The translations under genes were made by a program, and so were the position numbers. A stretch of DNA of 64,000 nucleotides from the human T2T-CHM13v2.0 reference genome, Homo sapiens, in the NCBI RefSeq assembly GCF_009914755.1, contig NC_060933.1, one strand, 5' to 3'. This document shows, one piece after another, positions 13,720-29,123 of this stretch (positions within the stretch are counted from its first letter, which is position 1; every line of letters begins with the position of its first letter). Below the pieces are notes generated by a model. It was not told the origin of the DNA. It searched no databases and saw only the letters and a program-made list of their open reading frames with translations.

Positions 13720-13890
13720 AATGGTACAGGAGAAAGAACCCTGGCTTAGAATACTGGACATGGGTTCTACTTCTGGTTTTGGCATCTACTAATAGGGACA
13801 AATCACCTTTTGTGAAGCGCCTTGATTTCTTTAACTGTTAAAATAAGAGTATAGAACTAGATAAATTCAAGAGCCATTCTCTTCTTCATA
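13720..13890 (+). mobile_element. MIR-family fragment
   Basis: Degenerate MIR/MIR3 pattern; boundaries approximate. Confidence 0.45.
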
Positions 13891-14477
13891 ACTTTCATTC
13901 TTCCCACATATAGACAGAACTTCTGAACAGAGAAGGGTCTATTGGTGCATATGTAAGGGTTCTAAAAGTTATCGTACCTTTTCTTTGAAGGGAGAGAGTA
14001 CTTACTTTTTACAAAATGGAAAACTAGTATGCAGTTGAATTGTTTATTTTTTGAACTATTTAAGTTTGTTGCTATTTTCTTTCATTAGCCAAAATGTATA
14101 CACAGTCTATTATGATGTTATATCATATATCAGAAAAGACCGAATGTCGGCATAAAAATAATCATCAAGAGTAAAACTCCTCTAAGTTGAAACTGTTTAG
14201 CTCATATCAGAAAACAATGACCAAGGATCTACTTCAAAATATTGTTACACAATTCTGCAGAAACATCTCCGCTGCCCAATATTGAAAAAAAATGTTATAT
14301 GATATAAACAAATATGTTAGATTTTGAATGAAAAGGTAGACACTAAGAAAACTATGAATTTGACCTCACTGTGGTACCTTTTCAATGTTTTGTCTGGCAA
14401 CCTGACCACTGCTCAGTCTATAAACCAAAGTCTTTACTACATCAGATTTTACACATTTAAATTACTTGATGTGCTTT

Positions 14478-14478
<1 letters not shown>

Positions 14479-14510
<32 letters not shown>
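14479..14510. repeat. Poly-T tract (about 32 nt)
   Basis: Direct reading. Confidence 0.95.
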
Positions 14511-14512
<2 letters not shown>

Positions 14513-14833
14513 AGGCTGTACACCAGACCAATTAATTCAGGTCTGTGGATGTGGGAGCTATATATTGATATTTTTAAAGTTCCTCAGCACTGGCTCTTAG
14601 TCCTATAGGATTCATGATGGGGGGCCTATAACTCCATTTATTCCTTTTTTTCCCATTTAGAAATCATATCAGGATTTATGAGAATGAGATGAGCTTTCTC
14701 TTGGTGATATTCTTGAATCCTCTCTAACACCCCATTAGCAAGCTTTAGTACTCAGCTATTATTGGCAGCAAAGAACTTGAAGCACAGCTAACAAACAGGG
14801 AGGGCTTGCCAGTGTCATGACCTCATCAGTTAG

Positions 14834-15156
<323 letters not shown>

Positions 15157-15369
15157 CATAAATGCATTTTAAAGGCACGCATCAAATCTGTTAAGACTTT
15201 TTATTTTGAAGCTATGATCTCCACAATATAGAGTCAACATGAAAAATGACAGATGCGGTCACTGAAATCTGCCTTAGGTTGGAGGAAAAAACAAGATGGC
15301 TCCCTTTAATAGGGTACATATTGGTGAGACTGATGTCACGGTGACTTCCTTATAAGAAGTAAACTTTAA

Positions 15370-15540
15370 AATCATGGCATTTTAACCTGAGAGGCACCTT
15401 AGAGATGACTTAGTCCAGCACTTTCACTTTATACAAGAGGACTCAAATCCAGAAAAGTTAGATGACTTCTCTACATAAGCCCAGACAGTAAATAACAACA
15501 TCTCAACATGCAGCTTGGGCATCTTTCTACTGTACTATTC
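15370..15540 (-). mobile_element. MIR-family fragment
   Basis: gaggcaccttagagatgacttagtccagc...ttatacaagagga. Confidence 0.5.
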
Positions 15541-17471
15541 CGAGAACGGCATTTGCGATCTTCTAAATGAAGTGGGGGGCAAAGTCTCCACAGATGGAAT
15601 GGGCTAGGCTGGTAAGATAAATGACTGAAGAGGGCTAAGTATCATATAGTCAACATTTTCACACACAGAAAATACGCTCATTCCCATTTCCTCACAATGA
15701 GCAGGTTTCCAGGGCTGGCTTTTGTGTCTCTACTTTGAACAGAGACTCCAGAAAGAACAGTAATTCTTTACTATGTGAAAAACAGCCATAAGCGTGACAT
15801 AAATGGCAACTAACGCTCAGTCTCAATGTCACTCATCTTTAGGGCTAGTGTACACATTGGGGGGCTTCTGAAAAGGGTGAAATTATTCAGCTCCAGGACT
15901 TGCTCTGCCAAGTGGGAATGCAAGGCCAATCGGTTCAGACTGTTCAGGTTTTCAACAGCCACTCAAAATCCAGAGTATCGTGTGGCATTTCCTCAGTTTT
16001 CAATGTTGACTCAAAATTTTGTTGAAACTCAGTCCATGTCAAACGATAAGCTCTTTTGCAGACCACATACGGCTAACTAGATTATGGCCTTTGTTTTAAA
16101 AGAACAAAACCTTCTTTAATCTGTGTGTATGTGAATTAGAATCAAGGAGTGTTGGGAGTGACAGACTGCATGCTTGTATCCACAAGGCAATGGACTAGAT
16201 ACTGCTTTGTGCTGGGGATATAAAGAAGTATGCTTCTTGCATGGTTCATCCCCTATGGGTTCATCTACCTCCCCTTCTCTCTAACCTGATCCCCCATTAT
16301 CTCTACCAATTAGAAAAATGAAGCCCAGAGGAGTTAAAGAACTCGATCAAAGTCATCATTATCAGCAGAACTGTAGCTACATGAGGAATCTGATCCCATA
16401 CCCCGTACACTCTCATTTAGCACATTTCACATGACGCCATGCTGTCTTTCCAACCATTTAACACCCCTGGACAAGTGGTGACATGTACATAAAGCTGGGT
16501 CTTTAAGACTGTTTGGGCTCTCTATGCAGCAAGACAGAGATCATAAACCATCCTCAGTTTGTGAAAAAGTGTCAATACAGGGCCTTAACCTAGGTCATCT
16601 GTTTCAGTGGTGGGGAAGAGGAAAAGGGGATGCAAAAACACGTCTGTATTTTCCAGTTATTTCTTGCCAAAATATCCTAAGTTTCCAAGAAAACATGAAC
16701 TAAAGGTATTAATTTAAAATGTTAAAAACTGGAATGCTATTTGGCAGAATATTTCTTAGAAGCTAATTTATGGTATTTTTGCTTTTCAAAAGTCCTGCTC
16801 TGTTTTACTAAGTCAGTAAGGCTACTGAATGCTTCAAATGATTTTATTATCCATAGAAAAATATTTATCAAACACTTGCTCTATTTTCATATTTTTAAAC
16901 CTTGCATTAAATGCCAATAGGCACTATATAACTATTCTGCTAAGTAGAGTTTTTGAAGTCATTAATAACGGTGGTACATCTTTTACATGATTTTTTTCTG
17001 TCACTATATACGTGTGTTTGTAATGACTCAGTAACAGTCTCTTCATGATTTTCCTTACTGATAAATTGTGATAAAGGCTGGAGAACAGTTTGTGCTTATG
17101 GACCAAAGAGAAGCTAATTTTTTCATCAAATCAATTACCACAGTCTTAACAAAAGTAGACTTCTATGAGTTAACAGCCAGAAAGAGAAAATTCATTCATT
17201 AAATATTTGTCATATTTTTGACATAATGTATGCACTATTTAGAATTCCCTGAATCAAATACAAATACTCTGCTATATTTGTTATTTGTATCACAAACTAA
17301 TGATAAATTAAAGATAAAGAGAATATTGATTTGTAAGCTTCCTGATACAACCATAATGACAATTAGATTTAATTTGTGACTGGGGATCATCATTAAATGA
17401 AAGAGTCACCAACAGTGCTTTTCTGGGTAAGCAATGAATGGCATAATTAAAATTCAAAATTTTTACTTCAT

Positions 17472-17692
17472 TCCAGGAGTTTCTGTCCAGCCTGGGCAAC
17501 AGAGGAAGACCCCGTTTCTGCAACAAAAATTTTTTTAAATGAACCGGGCATTGTGGCACATGCCTGTGGTCCCAGCTACTTGGGAGGTTGAGGTGGGTGG
17601 ATTACTTAAGCGTGGAATGTTGAGGCTACAGTAAGCTATGATTGTGCCACTGCACTCGAGCCTGGACAACAGAGCAAGATCCTGCCTCAAAA
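17472..17692 (+). mobile_element. 5'-truncated AluJ-like element
   Basis: Starts at ccaggagttt..ccagcctgggcaac and includes the right arm. Confidence 0.9.
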
Positions 17693-18559
17693 CATTTTAA
17701 AAAATTTTTGTAAAATTCAATTCTAATGGAGAGTTTCTCAAAATACAGAATTTGAACAAGCTGTTTCTTTATATCAGAAATTTCAGAAAATAAAACAGAA
17801 AGGACACATCCGGTATTCTTAACCTAGGTCATATGCCTAAATTCCTTACTGTATAAAATAAAATATGAATGTATGAAGAAAGTATATATAAAAATGGATC
17901 TTGTTAGCATTGATCCAATTAATAGTATTAATAGATCAGAAGAGACAGCTCAAGAGCTTTTTAAAGCTTATTCAGTTGCTGTGCAGACATTTCTGCTGCT
18001 GATACCACTATTTCTGATCCGTTAACTTTTTATGAGTTTGTTTCTGTTTTCACAGCCCATCAATCACCTACCATCCATGTATGCTTTAGGGCAAAACATA
18101 TTAAGGTCATCCACTGAATGAAAATGAGGTCTTTGTGTTGTAACATCTGATCATCGAGTTTTAAATCTCTTTTCCTAAAAGGTGCAAGCATAAACACTAT
18201 AGTTTTGGTTTTGTTTGCAGGTATTTTTGGGCCAGGGAGGAGGTATGAACAGGGACAGCAGACACTTTAATATTGAATATGCAGGCAGAGGGGAAGGTAA
18301 TGATTGGTGCACCACCAATGCTACCAGTAGCATCTTCTCTTACAACTTTCTTTGTACTGAAAAGAAAGTGAATTTCTCTAAGATCCTCAACCTCTAAATT
18401 TTCTTTGCTGGGAAAAAGAAGAAAAATGAACACATATTAGTAATTTGTTTGGTTTTCTTATATATCACCATCTTTTAATAATATTATGTTTATTTTCATC
18501 ATTTTGCCCAATTCTAAAGGCCATGGGCCAGAGGGTGTCAAACCTTCAGTAAAGGATTT

Positions 18560-19310
18560 TTACAGTATTTTGAAAAGTCTGTAATTGGGTCTCTCTATCA
18601 AAATGGTAAATGTGCCTACCCTAGGACCCTGCTATCATATTTCCAGGTGTCTGACATGCAGAAATAGCAATGATGGTGTCAAAATATATGGGCTCAGTAA
18701 TGCTCATTACAGTAGTATCTGTAATAGCAAAACATGAGTAATAACCTAGCCTCCATTAATAGGGAATGAGTTAATACATTTTGATATCTATAGAACTGAC
18801 TACCATCATTGTCATTATCTGTTAAAAAGAAGACATAATACACTCACTTGAAAAAAGTCCATTTTTATATAGTTAAATGTCACAACAGCAAATTGTGTGT
18901 GTATACATACATGACATACACACAGACATCCCTACCTACTCTATATTATATCATTTAAATAACTACATACACAAATTAATTCTGGAAAGGTATATATGAA
19001 ACTCTATATGGCAGATATTTCTGGAGACTTAATTGGAGTAATGACACAAAATATTTTAATTTTAATTTTAAATATGTCAAATAAAAAAGAAAAAAAAGTG
19101 GTGGAATGAAGAGTAATTTTTCTTCTCTAAAAGTGCTTTTGTTGGACCGTTTCCCACCATATAATTATAAAAATTTTCAAACGTACACAAAATTAAAGAG
19201 TAACATAATGAACACCTAAATGGTCACAATCTATATGCAATGATTGTTAACAAGCTTATTTTCTATTTTCCAAAATTTCCCCAATAAACATGTTGCTTTT
19301 GAAATTAAAA
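18560..19310. mobile_element. Highly degraded L1M fragments
   Basis: Weak similarity to L1 3' regions (aatagcaaaacatgagtaataaccta..ccattaatagggaatg); boundaries uncertain. Confidence 0.4.
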
Positions 19311-21741
19311 AGATGTTCTGGGACGGAGAGACTAAAGTAATTTGGAAATTGTTTATAAAAGAAAGAAAGAGAAAACTTTCCTTGCAAATGGGGCTAACAC
19401 AGTTCATCTTTGTTTAACAAGCAACATATCTATTCACCCATCCTAGTGCGCACCCAGTTACTGCTGTCTACAGAGATGTATGGAGCTTAATGGACATTTC
19501 CTTTAAATGCATCTTTTATAAGTGAATATTTTCTTCCCTTCTTCCATAGATCTTAAAGACTTGTAAAACTTGATCAGCAGTTAATAATTCCAGTAAACTC
19601 CTCTACTACGTCACCTCTCTCTTTTACTTATTTTGCCCATCTTATTCCACTATCTGTTAGAATTAATAAGTCAAATCTTAGCTAAATGATACCTTCCTAT
19701 ATACTTAAGTCCCCATTTTAACTTGGTAGTTATTGGTGATACAACTGATGTTACTTAAATTGCCTTTTTCACACTAATTCTGGCTGACCTTGTACACTAA
19801 TAATGATTTATTGTTTAAATCATTATTCTCTTAAATGATTAGGTAGCTCATGTTGTCTCAAATATAACTTGGCTATACACTGCCATCTGAACCACAATAA
19901 GACAGACACTTACAATCAATCATGCAAAATACTTACAAGCTGAGGTGCCTGCTTTCAATTGTGAAAGCATGGGCTTCCCCGACCTGTTCAGGTGTTTACA
20001 TACAGTGTTTCACAGACTGACAGGATATTTTTTTTCATTTTAAAGTATACTTTAATAATGAAAGTGTACAAGCACAAAAAATGATAAATGTTCCCGTATA
20101 TTTGTCCAGACTTACCATGTGAACACATCACTTAAGTAATAGATTGGTCCTAACACTATGCAGCATCCTGGGATCCTATCAGACTGTTTATCCTGAATCT
20201 AGTCCTATTCCTAGAAAAACTACCATTTAGGGGGAGAAAAAAAATTTATTCAACAATTCCATATTGTCTCTGATGCAGCAATCGGTTAAGTCACAATTAC
20301 ATTATGCTCAATAAGAGAAAAATAAAATAGTTTTTCAGAAGGGGCTGGGTTGGTGATTCTTTTTTCACTCATCTTAATGCTAAAAAAGACCAAGAACTTT
20401 GTTGCCACTAACGAACTAGTGGGCTTCAGCCCTGAAGTACCTCTAGCTGCCAGCACCATCAGTGACTTCAGAATGAGAAGATACAGCAACTCCTTAAGGT
20501 GCTCTGTACAGATTCAAGTCCAAGCTACTTCTTTGGAAGGCTCTCAGCAGTGTCAGAGAGTGACTTGATTCTTGTCTAAAAGTTTGAAAATGTGCTAAAG
20601 CAATGTTCCTCTCCACACTCTCCAACCTCACAAGGATGGTTATACTGACAAAAAAGCAGGTTTCTCTGTCTTTTCTTTGTGCCTTAGCTGAGCAACGGTG
20701 GATGGAAATCTAACTTTTTCTGATCCAACTATGTTTGTGGTACTGCATTTAAGGGTACAGTTCTTTGACGTACTTAGATTGTTGGAATGCTATATTTATA
20801 TGAAATGGGGAATATCGGGCAGAATTAAGGAAAAAAGATCTGACTTCTTAAATCTCGATTCTCCAAAAGAATAAATAACTTAGAATGTAAATCAATCTTT
20901 CATTCACAAGATGACTTTTTTGAGAAAGTAGAATTTATAGAATCACTGAACTAAGCAATGTGCTTTCTTTACCTTCTGAAAGGCCTACTGAATTTCAAAT
21001 CGTAATGTTTGTTTGCTATTTTATCATTCATAACAGACCCATCAGAAGCAGAAATCAATTTGCCTTTGGGAACAAATTCTGTACTAGGTACTGGTTATAT
21101 AAATCACAGGCATCTTATTTCATTGAAAGACATTTTTTGAACAGAAGGTGTGGATTACTAATTCTCTACTTATGTATATTATTAATAAATATTCTCAAGC
21201 GTTATAATGTTTGGGGATAAGCAATTATACATTCATAGTAGATATATTAAAAAGCCACATTTCAGAGAGTGAAATGTAAATAATTTAAAAACCTAAAAAT
21301 TAGCGTCATAGCACCTGTCATGCAACACCTAATGAAGGATTATTTTATTTCATTATCCAAGAAAACCCTTGATTCTTCGTGAAAAAGAGGAGAAGAACAA
21401 CCACAAAAGGGTTACTGGGTTAACAACCCCACATTCTGCTCTCATCCTATTGGCAAGTAATTATGGTAATTAACAGCCGCTGGCTAAAATCTATGCAGGC
21501 TGAAGCAAATGGTCACATCTCTATGAATTTCATATTAACAGCGGAGTCTATTTCCTTTGTAAAATGGTAAAAATGTTCCAGACAGCAGGCCACAACATAG
21601 AGCTTGGATGGCAAATAAACAATTTCAGCAAATCAAGCTTAAGTGAATTGCTTACCTGAGCTAAAGGGCATAATGTACTGCTTCCTGAGTGAACAGATGT
21701 GCTAGGACCTTAGGACAATTTCTCCTTTTCTAGTCTCCTCC

Positions 21742-21809
21742 TCTACTACAGCTCCTCTCTTATCTCATTTTGTCTACTACAGCTCCTCTCTTATCTCATT
21801 TTGTCTACT
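21742..21809. repeat. Perfect 31-bp tandem duplication (2.2 copies)
   Basis: tctactacagctcctctcttatctcattttg at 21742 and 21773, then tctact. Confidence 0.95.
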
Positions 21810-22504
21810 TTATTCCCTTATTCATTTGAGGTGATAAGTCTAACTTTAGTTAAATGACACCTTCCTTTATACTCAGGTCCCCATTTTAATTTTGTAAAGT
21901 CATTGGTGATACAAGAGATGTTACAATTGTAACATTCATTCTTCTTTCTGGTATCTTACCTAAAATTTAACAGATTCTCTCTATAAATGGATATAATATT
22001 CCCAAATACATTGGGAAAATTAAATTGCTAATAGAATTCTTGAGTTTGGCCATATTTGCAAAATTACATCTGAAAGTGAGAAGTACTTGCAGACAGAAGT
22101 CTCCTGGTTGAAGACATTCCTATTCTCTTACCTGCAGTCACCAGCACCTCTTAATCATTCTCTCTACACAGTTCCCATTCTTGCTTTGTGTTTATTCCCG
22201 GAAACATTTTCTGTTGGTGCGAGAGGAGGTGAGGTGTAGCAGCACTCTCACTGGCTCCCTTCTTTTGGGGGTACCCTTGCCTTTCTGCTCAACCTTATAC
22301 TGTGTTTCTGCCTCCGGTGGAAGACCAAGGTTGGTTCCAGCACAAATGACATTTATGTGAAAAACAGAGGAAGGAGGGGCAGTGGAGAGCTAGCAGCAAG
22401 GTACTGAGAAATCTGATCCGTTTTTCTATTTCCACAACATGTTGCTCTTTTACAGGGTGATGAGGTAAGAAATGCAAGGAATCATGTAGCAGATCATTTC
22501 TTCA

Positions 22505-22908
<404 letters not shown>

Positions 22909-24268
22909 AAGAAGTTGCCTATAGGCTGAAGTAGTTAGTATCCACCTATTTCAAAAAGCGCTGACCCAACGAAATTTACTACAGTAACTTAATTCATATC
23001 AAGTTGCCTTAATAAAGTACTGAGTAGGTGACTCAACAAGATGCATCCAGAGGGCTACGACCTATCCTGGAAGATGACACAAGTTTGTTCAATCATCATG
23101 TACACGTTCCCGGTGCATGATGAAATAATTTTTTTTAAAGTCTAACCTCATATGAGTTAGAATTTTTTTTAAATACCGACATTATGATGCTTGTATAGCC
23201 ACACTGAAAATGCTAAACATTTCTTTCAATTGAAGAGTTACTAGTTACTATGTTACATCTACATGTAAAAGAGAAAATATGCTGAACATAATAAACCATG
23301 TTCAAAATAATTCACTGTAAAATGTGTACTGTAATATATCTGCAGTGTATCATACTGTGAATCAGAACATCCATATGGCACAAAGAAACTTGTCTACAAT
23401 TTGTGGGACAACACTGCAACCACATTTTAATCCCAAAGACTTCTTAGATTAGCTTTTCACTTTGTTCATTATCATAACATATTAAGATAGGGTCACTCGG
23501 TTTTATATTTTCAGCTCCCTCTGCCATTCATAATTTGCCATTCATTTGGTATAAACATGCTTTAGTTGAAAAAGTCAAATAGATCTAGGCATGAATAAAC
23601 AATATTGTGCAGAAGGCCCCTCAGTAGGAATAGTAGTGTTCCTCTGTTGAAGCACTTAATGTTCTTTATTTTAAGAAACAAGTATATTTTTTGTTATCCT
23701 CAGTCACTTTATGTTTCTCTCTAGTAAGAAGCCTGAAGTGATCAGTGAAATTTAGTATAGGTAATATTTAAAAATATTTACCTCATTTTCCTCCCTCCCT
23801 CCCTCCCTTTCTTCCTTCCTCTTTCAGAGTACCATAAACACAAACAAAAAGGAAAATATAGAACAAATCTATGCTTTCCCATGGGATGAAAGATGTGTAC
23901 AGTCATCCATTTACTCATTCATTCACTTGATGAGAAACTGAATTCTTTCCAGAGTGGTGTCATTGGAAATAATAAAAACAATAATCAAAGCCCATAAAAA
24001 TGGTAGATATTATTATAAAGACTATAGTTCTTCCAAAATTTGAAGGATACCCATATTTCTTTTTCTTCCCTACCCAATTTCCGGTTTGCAGAAAGAACTT
24101 AATTTCCTTTCAGACTTTTGCTTGGGCAAGTCTCCATAATAGTAAAATAAAAGAGCAGGATGAACAAAATGGCTCAAAATAAAGTGATACCTTCAACTCT
24201 TAATATCAATTGAGCTGTACAACTTCTGGGAAAGACTGTGTGTGGATTAGATGTGTGATGCTTCTTAC

Positions 24269-24381
24269 CCGGTGTTTGAAAGTTAAGGCGCCTCAGTTCT
24301 ACAGGGTCTGTTGGGTGGTGTGAAGGGATCTCCTTATTGTTCGGTATGCTGCTTTTTCTAGAGTCGGACTCTGCCCTCTTC
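24269..24381 (-). CDS. PTPRD: PTPRD juxtamembrane exon, 113 nt ([12 protein letters not shown]...RRLNFQTP), phase 2-1
   Basis: Acceptor ttccccctatag|GAAGAGG, donor CCGG|gtaaga; lies within ORF 24174..24470. Confidence 0.96.
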
Positions 24382-27300
24382 CTATAGGGGGAAAATAGAA
24401 ATTTAAGAAGAAAAGAAAAATCAATTGAAACAGATAGAAAAGCAGAGAATTGCACCTGCACTCCCCCCACCTCCCAAGTTTTCAGTTTTACAACTTTTCA
24501 ACCCAGCTGACTTGTGACCCAGTTCGGGTTGCTTTTCCCCCCTGGCCTAATTGTTCTCTCAGGTCTAAAATTTTTGTTTAAGTCAATGATCTCGAAGTCC
24601 TCCTCCAACTGCAGGATTAAATAATTCAGCAACTCTGCCTTTTGGTTTCAAAGGGATCTTGGTGAGATACGCATGGACCCTTATTGAGCAATTCTCTCTT
24701 ATCTACTAGTTCTATTTGTGAGGAACAGGATAGGATACCCCTAAGTTGCCAATACTAAGACTGTTGTTACCATAGAGAAACTACCTGACCTTAAGCTGAA
24801 CAGCTAAATCTGTCCCCCTTAGCCCTAAGTATATATAAGTGGTGACTACAGAGAGTAGATGCCGTAGATTTTCCCATAAGGCAGGTAAACACAAGTGCAT
24901 TTTTAAGATGCCAAGTTATCCTAATGCCTAGGATAATCGGGACCAGGTAAAACAGAACTCCCCTTTCTCTTTCAAATGTGAAGGAAAAAAAACAGTGTTA
25001 GCTCTTAACAGTGTTAAGCTAACTGTGATTAATATTTTGTTAATGAAAGGTTCACAGAAAGATCAGAGAAAAAGTAATTTCACCTGGTGGGTAGATCAGC
25101 GCTCCTGATAATCATTCAAGGTGCCATTGACAGTGCCTTGTTATAAATGTGATTCTTCACACAATACATTTTAACTTTGTTCTAAAAGCTATCTACTAGC
25201 TTTATTAGATATCCCCATTTAAGCTCTCATTATGTAATTTTAACAAATTTCTAAGCAAGAAATGTCAGATCTGTATATAAGATTTCTTTATCCAATAAAA
25301 AATTAATCACAGAGTCCTAACTATCTTCTTCCAGTTTGAATTAGATTAAAAACCCATTGAATCAATAGAAGCCATTTTCAAACAGTGCTTTTTTTCCAAA
25401 TACTAACGCCTGCAATCTCTACACCACAGTCACAATCCTAGTATCTCACCCCTGCTCAAAGCAAAGGCGTTTTTACTGTGGGGGGGAAAAGGTGCTGCAC
25501 AGTGTTTAGGAACTTTCCTTTTCTCTGTTCGATGTGACTGTGGTACAGCTCATTAGTGTTGCTGTGGCAATGGGGTCTCATTCAATGCCACCCAGGTCGT
25601 TCTATGGTTAGCCAGAGGGCTCCTGTTAAATAGCCTTTCTTCCCATTTCTGCTCATCTGTATAAAATAAAACTAACCAGGGGGTGAAGAGAAGATTGATA
25701 CAAAGGGGACGTGCACATGATTTGCTCAAGTGCAGTGCCTTTGGCAAAACATCCTTAATGGAATACATTTTCATGGCTAAGTCCTATTAGACATGTTGCT
25801 TTCTCGGTACCTTAGATTAACCTGTCTGAGGATTTCTTCTTTCTACCTAAAGGTGTCAGATACAGCCTTGGGACAAAATGTGCTGCCAACCCATTCCACC
25901 AATCAGAGGTGAGCAGTATTCTGCGACCTGCCAAGGTACTGGCAGCTCCAGTTCTATGGAGTAGAAAGGAAGAAGAAAAGAAAAAGAAAAGACAAAGGGC
26001 TGGTGAAAAAGATATGAGGACGAAGAAAAAGACAGGCTCATAAGACCATGCGAAAGGAGGACATGATGGCCAGTTTCAGAGTAGGCAATGTCACTGTGTC
26101 TGTGCTATGGGTCTTCGCCTCACCACACTAAGAGATTCCTTTTACCACTGAAGATGCAAAATCGAAATGGGTTAATGAAACGTCACTGGGTGCAGCCAGC
26201 CAGTCAATTCCACGTGAAACATATGGTTGGTCTTCTCACTTCAAATAATACCAATGGCCCTTCTCATGTTTTGATCATTTTGCATAAGTTGGCAAGGATG
26301 CATTTCTTTACTAATGTGTCAGGCCCAACGACTAAAATTTGGATTTTTCTCCCTTCCCATTGTGGCTCTGCCATTCTTGCAAGATTATGGAAACCAGAAT
26401 TAGAAATATCTATCTGGGCAAGAAAACTACTTTACTCTTACAGGTATTGTAGGGTAACCTCCTTATCTTCTTTTTCCCTGTGGCTGGGGTGAGTGACACT
26501 GAGCTGGAGGGTAGAAAAGAAAACTCTCTAAAGTAATTTAGCCCATTTCTCTGGTGCAAGGAAAGTTAGGAATTACATCTTGTTGCAAAGATGTGAGTCT
26601 CAGAAAACTCAAGACATGGGACTAAAATTACAATTCACAATTTGAATGAACAGGGAGGGATGTAGTGACATTTAATAACTAACTTCTCTTTCACTGTTTA
26701 TTCAAATGAAATTATTTCCAAGACCTCAGACTCCTGAAATCCTAGTCAAATAGAAAACCAGCTGCTTAAATGTATTTTGCTTAGTTTTCTTTCGATGATC
26801 ACAACATGGATAATTCTGGCTGTCCACATTCTTATCACATTATTTTTAAACACTTATTATGTGATGTGCTAGAATGATTGTTTTCTAACACAGAAACCAT
26901 TTCTAGGAAAGATGTGGAAGATGAAGAGTTTGGTCATCATTGGTAATAATACTAAAGAGTTTTAAAACGTTGTCATAAAATATTAAAAGACATATAATGG
27001 TCTAAATTAGGCCCAACATGAATGTAACTAGTAACCTTTTTTCCTGATAAATTTCAGAGGTCTCATCATTCTCATTTTCGATTTGAAAAATGGAAAGAAT
27101 AATGAATAGAAACAGATTTTAAATTTTGCCTTGCTCTATTTTTTTTCTATTAAGATTATAAAATGTTAGTGCGAGTTTATTTCTTGCAGTGAGAACTATC
27201 TACTATGTGGAGGAGTTATGTAGGTGAAAAGGAAATGGAAGATCACTTGACATTTTGGATCTGTCAGAAACTGCTAATACTATAAAAGCATGTGGTTGTT

Positions 27301-27701
27301 TGGGATGTGGGTAATACACAATACAAATGCTACTCTGGTCTACGGGGTATTTTGCTTTCACCAGGCTCTCATCTGGGGGGAAGAAAAAAACAAAGAGAAG
27401 TTGAGTGAAAGATCAATTCATGGTCTTGAAACAAAGATATACAGACATGTGAGAAGAGGCTTTTGAAAGAAACATATACTTATTAGAAATATCTACCATC
27501 AATATTCAAGTAAATCAATCAAAATATTTGTTTCTGTTAACATTAAGAATGTAATCCCAACTCTGCCACTACTGGTATGTGTCAACTACAAATTTTCTTT
27601 TCAGTTTATTTGTGTATAAAATAGAGGGAGATTAGAAGAGGATGTCTAAGTTTTGGTTCAACTCTCTCATTTTAATAGAAAAAGAAAGCATTAAGTTGTA
27701 A

Positions 27702-28007
<306 letters not shown>

Positions 28008-28218
28008 GATGAAAGGTAGTATTTTAAGTGAGTTTAAAGTGTTTTGTCTTTTGGCTGAAAAAACAAAAACAAACTATTTTGCACGTGTTTTTCTGCTGGA
28101 CAAATGGATACTAGAGATGTCCACACAAAGAAGACACCCTCATAGAGGTTTAAAGATTCTTATCATTGAACATGAGGCTTGCTGACCAACATAAAGTGAT
28201 TTTAGTGTAAATAATGCA

Positions 28219-28415
28219 GCAATAGTTCTCAAACTTTAGTATGCATCAGCATCACCTGGGAAGGCTTGTTAAAATACAGCCTGGTGGGCCAATGCCTAGA
28301 CTTTCTGATTTAGTAGGTCTGAGGTGGGGTCCAAGGGTGTGTATTTCCGTCAAGTTCCCTGGTGGTGCTGACGCTATGGCTGCTGGTCCAGAGGCCACTC
28401 AATGGAAACCACTGG
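28219..28415 (+). mobile_element. MER5A-like hAT element
   Basis: gttctcaaactttagtatgcatcagcatcacctgg...ggaaaccactgg. Confidence 0.8.
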
Positions 28416-29123
28416 AATATGGCATTGGGAGAAAGGTAGGTGATCTTCAAGATGTTTTTTGTAGTTTAATTTTAATCAGGAATTTATATATATGTTACAT
28501 GTGTATATTTATACATAAGTGTATATGAATATATAGATATGAGTTAGAAAGCTAGAGGGTTAGTTTGGATTAATCATTCAATAATCACATAGTGTATTTT
28601 AGCTATTATTATTGCTATTATTATTCAAGACTGGGAGACATGGATAATAATTTTGAATTGGGGAAGAGTTCTCACTAAGGCACTGTCATCAATATTTGCA
28701 GGATGTGAAAATGCTAATATCATTAGGTGATCTGTACTCAAACTTGAAAACTAATCTTTGGTAAAAACAAACAAAACAAAACAAAACAGTTTATGAGACA
28801 CCTCACATTTCTGCTCTGTAAACACATCAACACACACAAATGCCCATTTTAATCTTGACCACAAACAAAACTCAGATATTGGTTTGTGTACTATCTTTTA
28901 AACTTCGCCTTTAATCTGTTTTTTTCTAATGTAAACAAAATATTTATTTTCCCCAGGATCATCTTAATGAAGTTACTGTGTATATGTAGGCTTTGCCCAT
29001 CTTCCACGTGCCAGGTATTATCTTTTGTGTGCAGCCCCGCCCTCCCCTCTTCAACAACTCTGAAGTCTACCAGTTTATTTTTTTCTTACTGAACATTAAA
29101 GGGGTTTGTTCTCTATTCCTCAC

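Noticed and set aside
22125-22140. Strong donor GCAG|gtaaga on the transcribed strand
   Set aside because: No convincing upstream acceptor or frame; isolated donors are common in introns.
26088-26492. 134-aa plus-strand ORF and E-box/CRE-like motif cluster
   Set aside because: No protein features; short motifs are expected by chance, and enhancer status cannot be judged without chromatin data.
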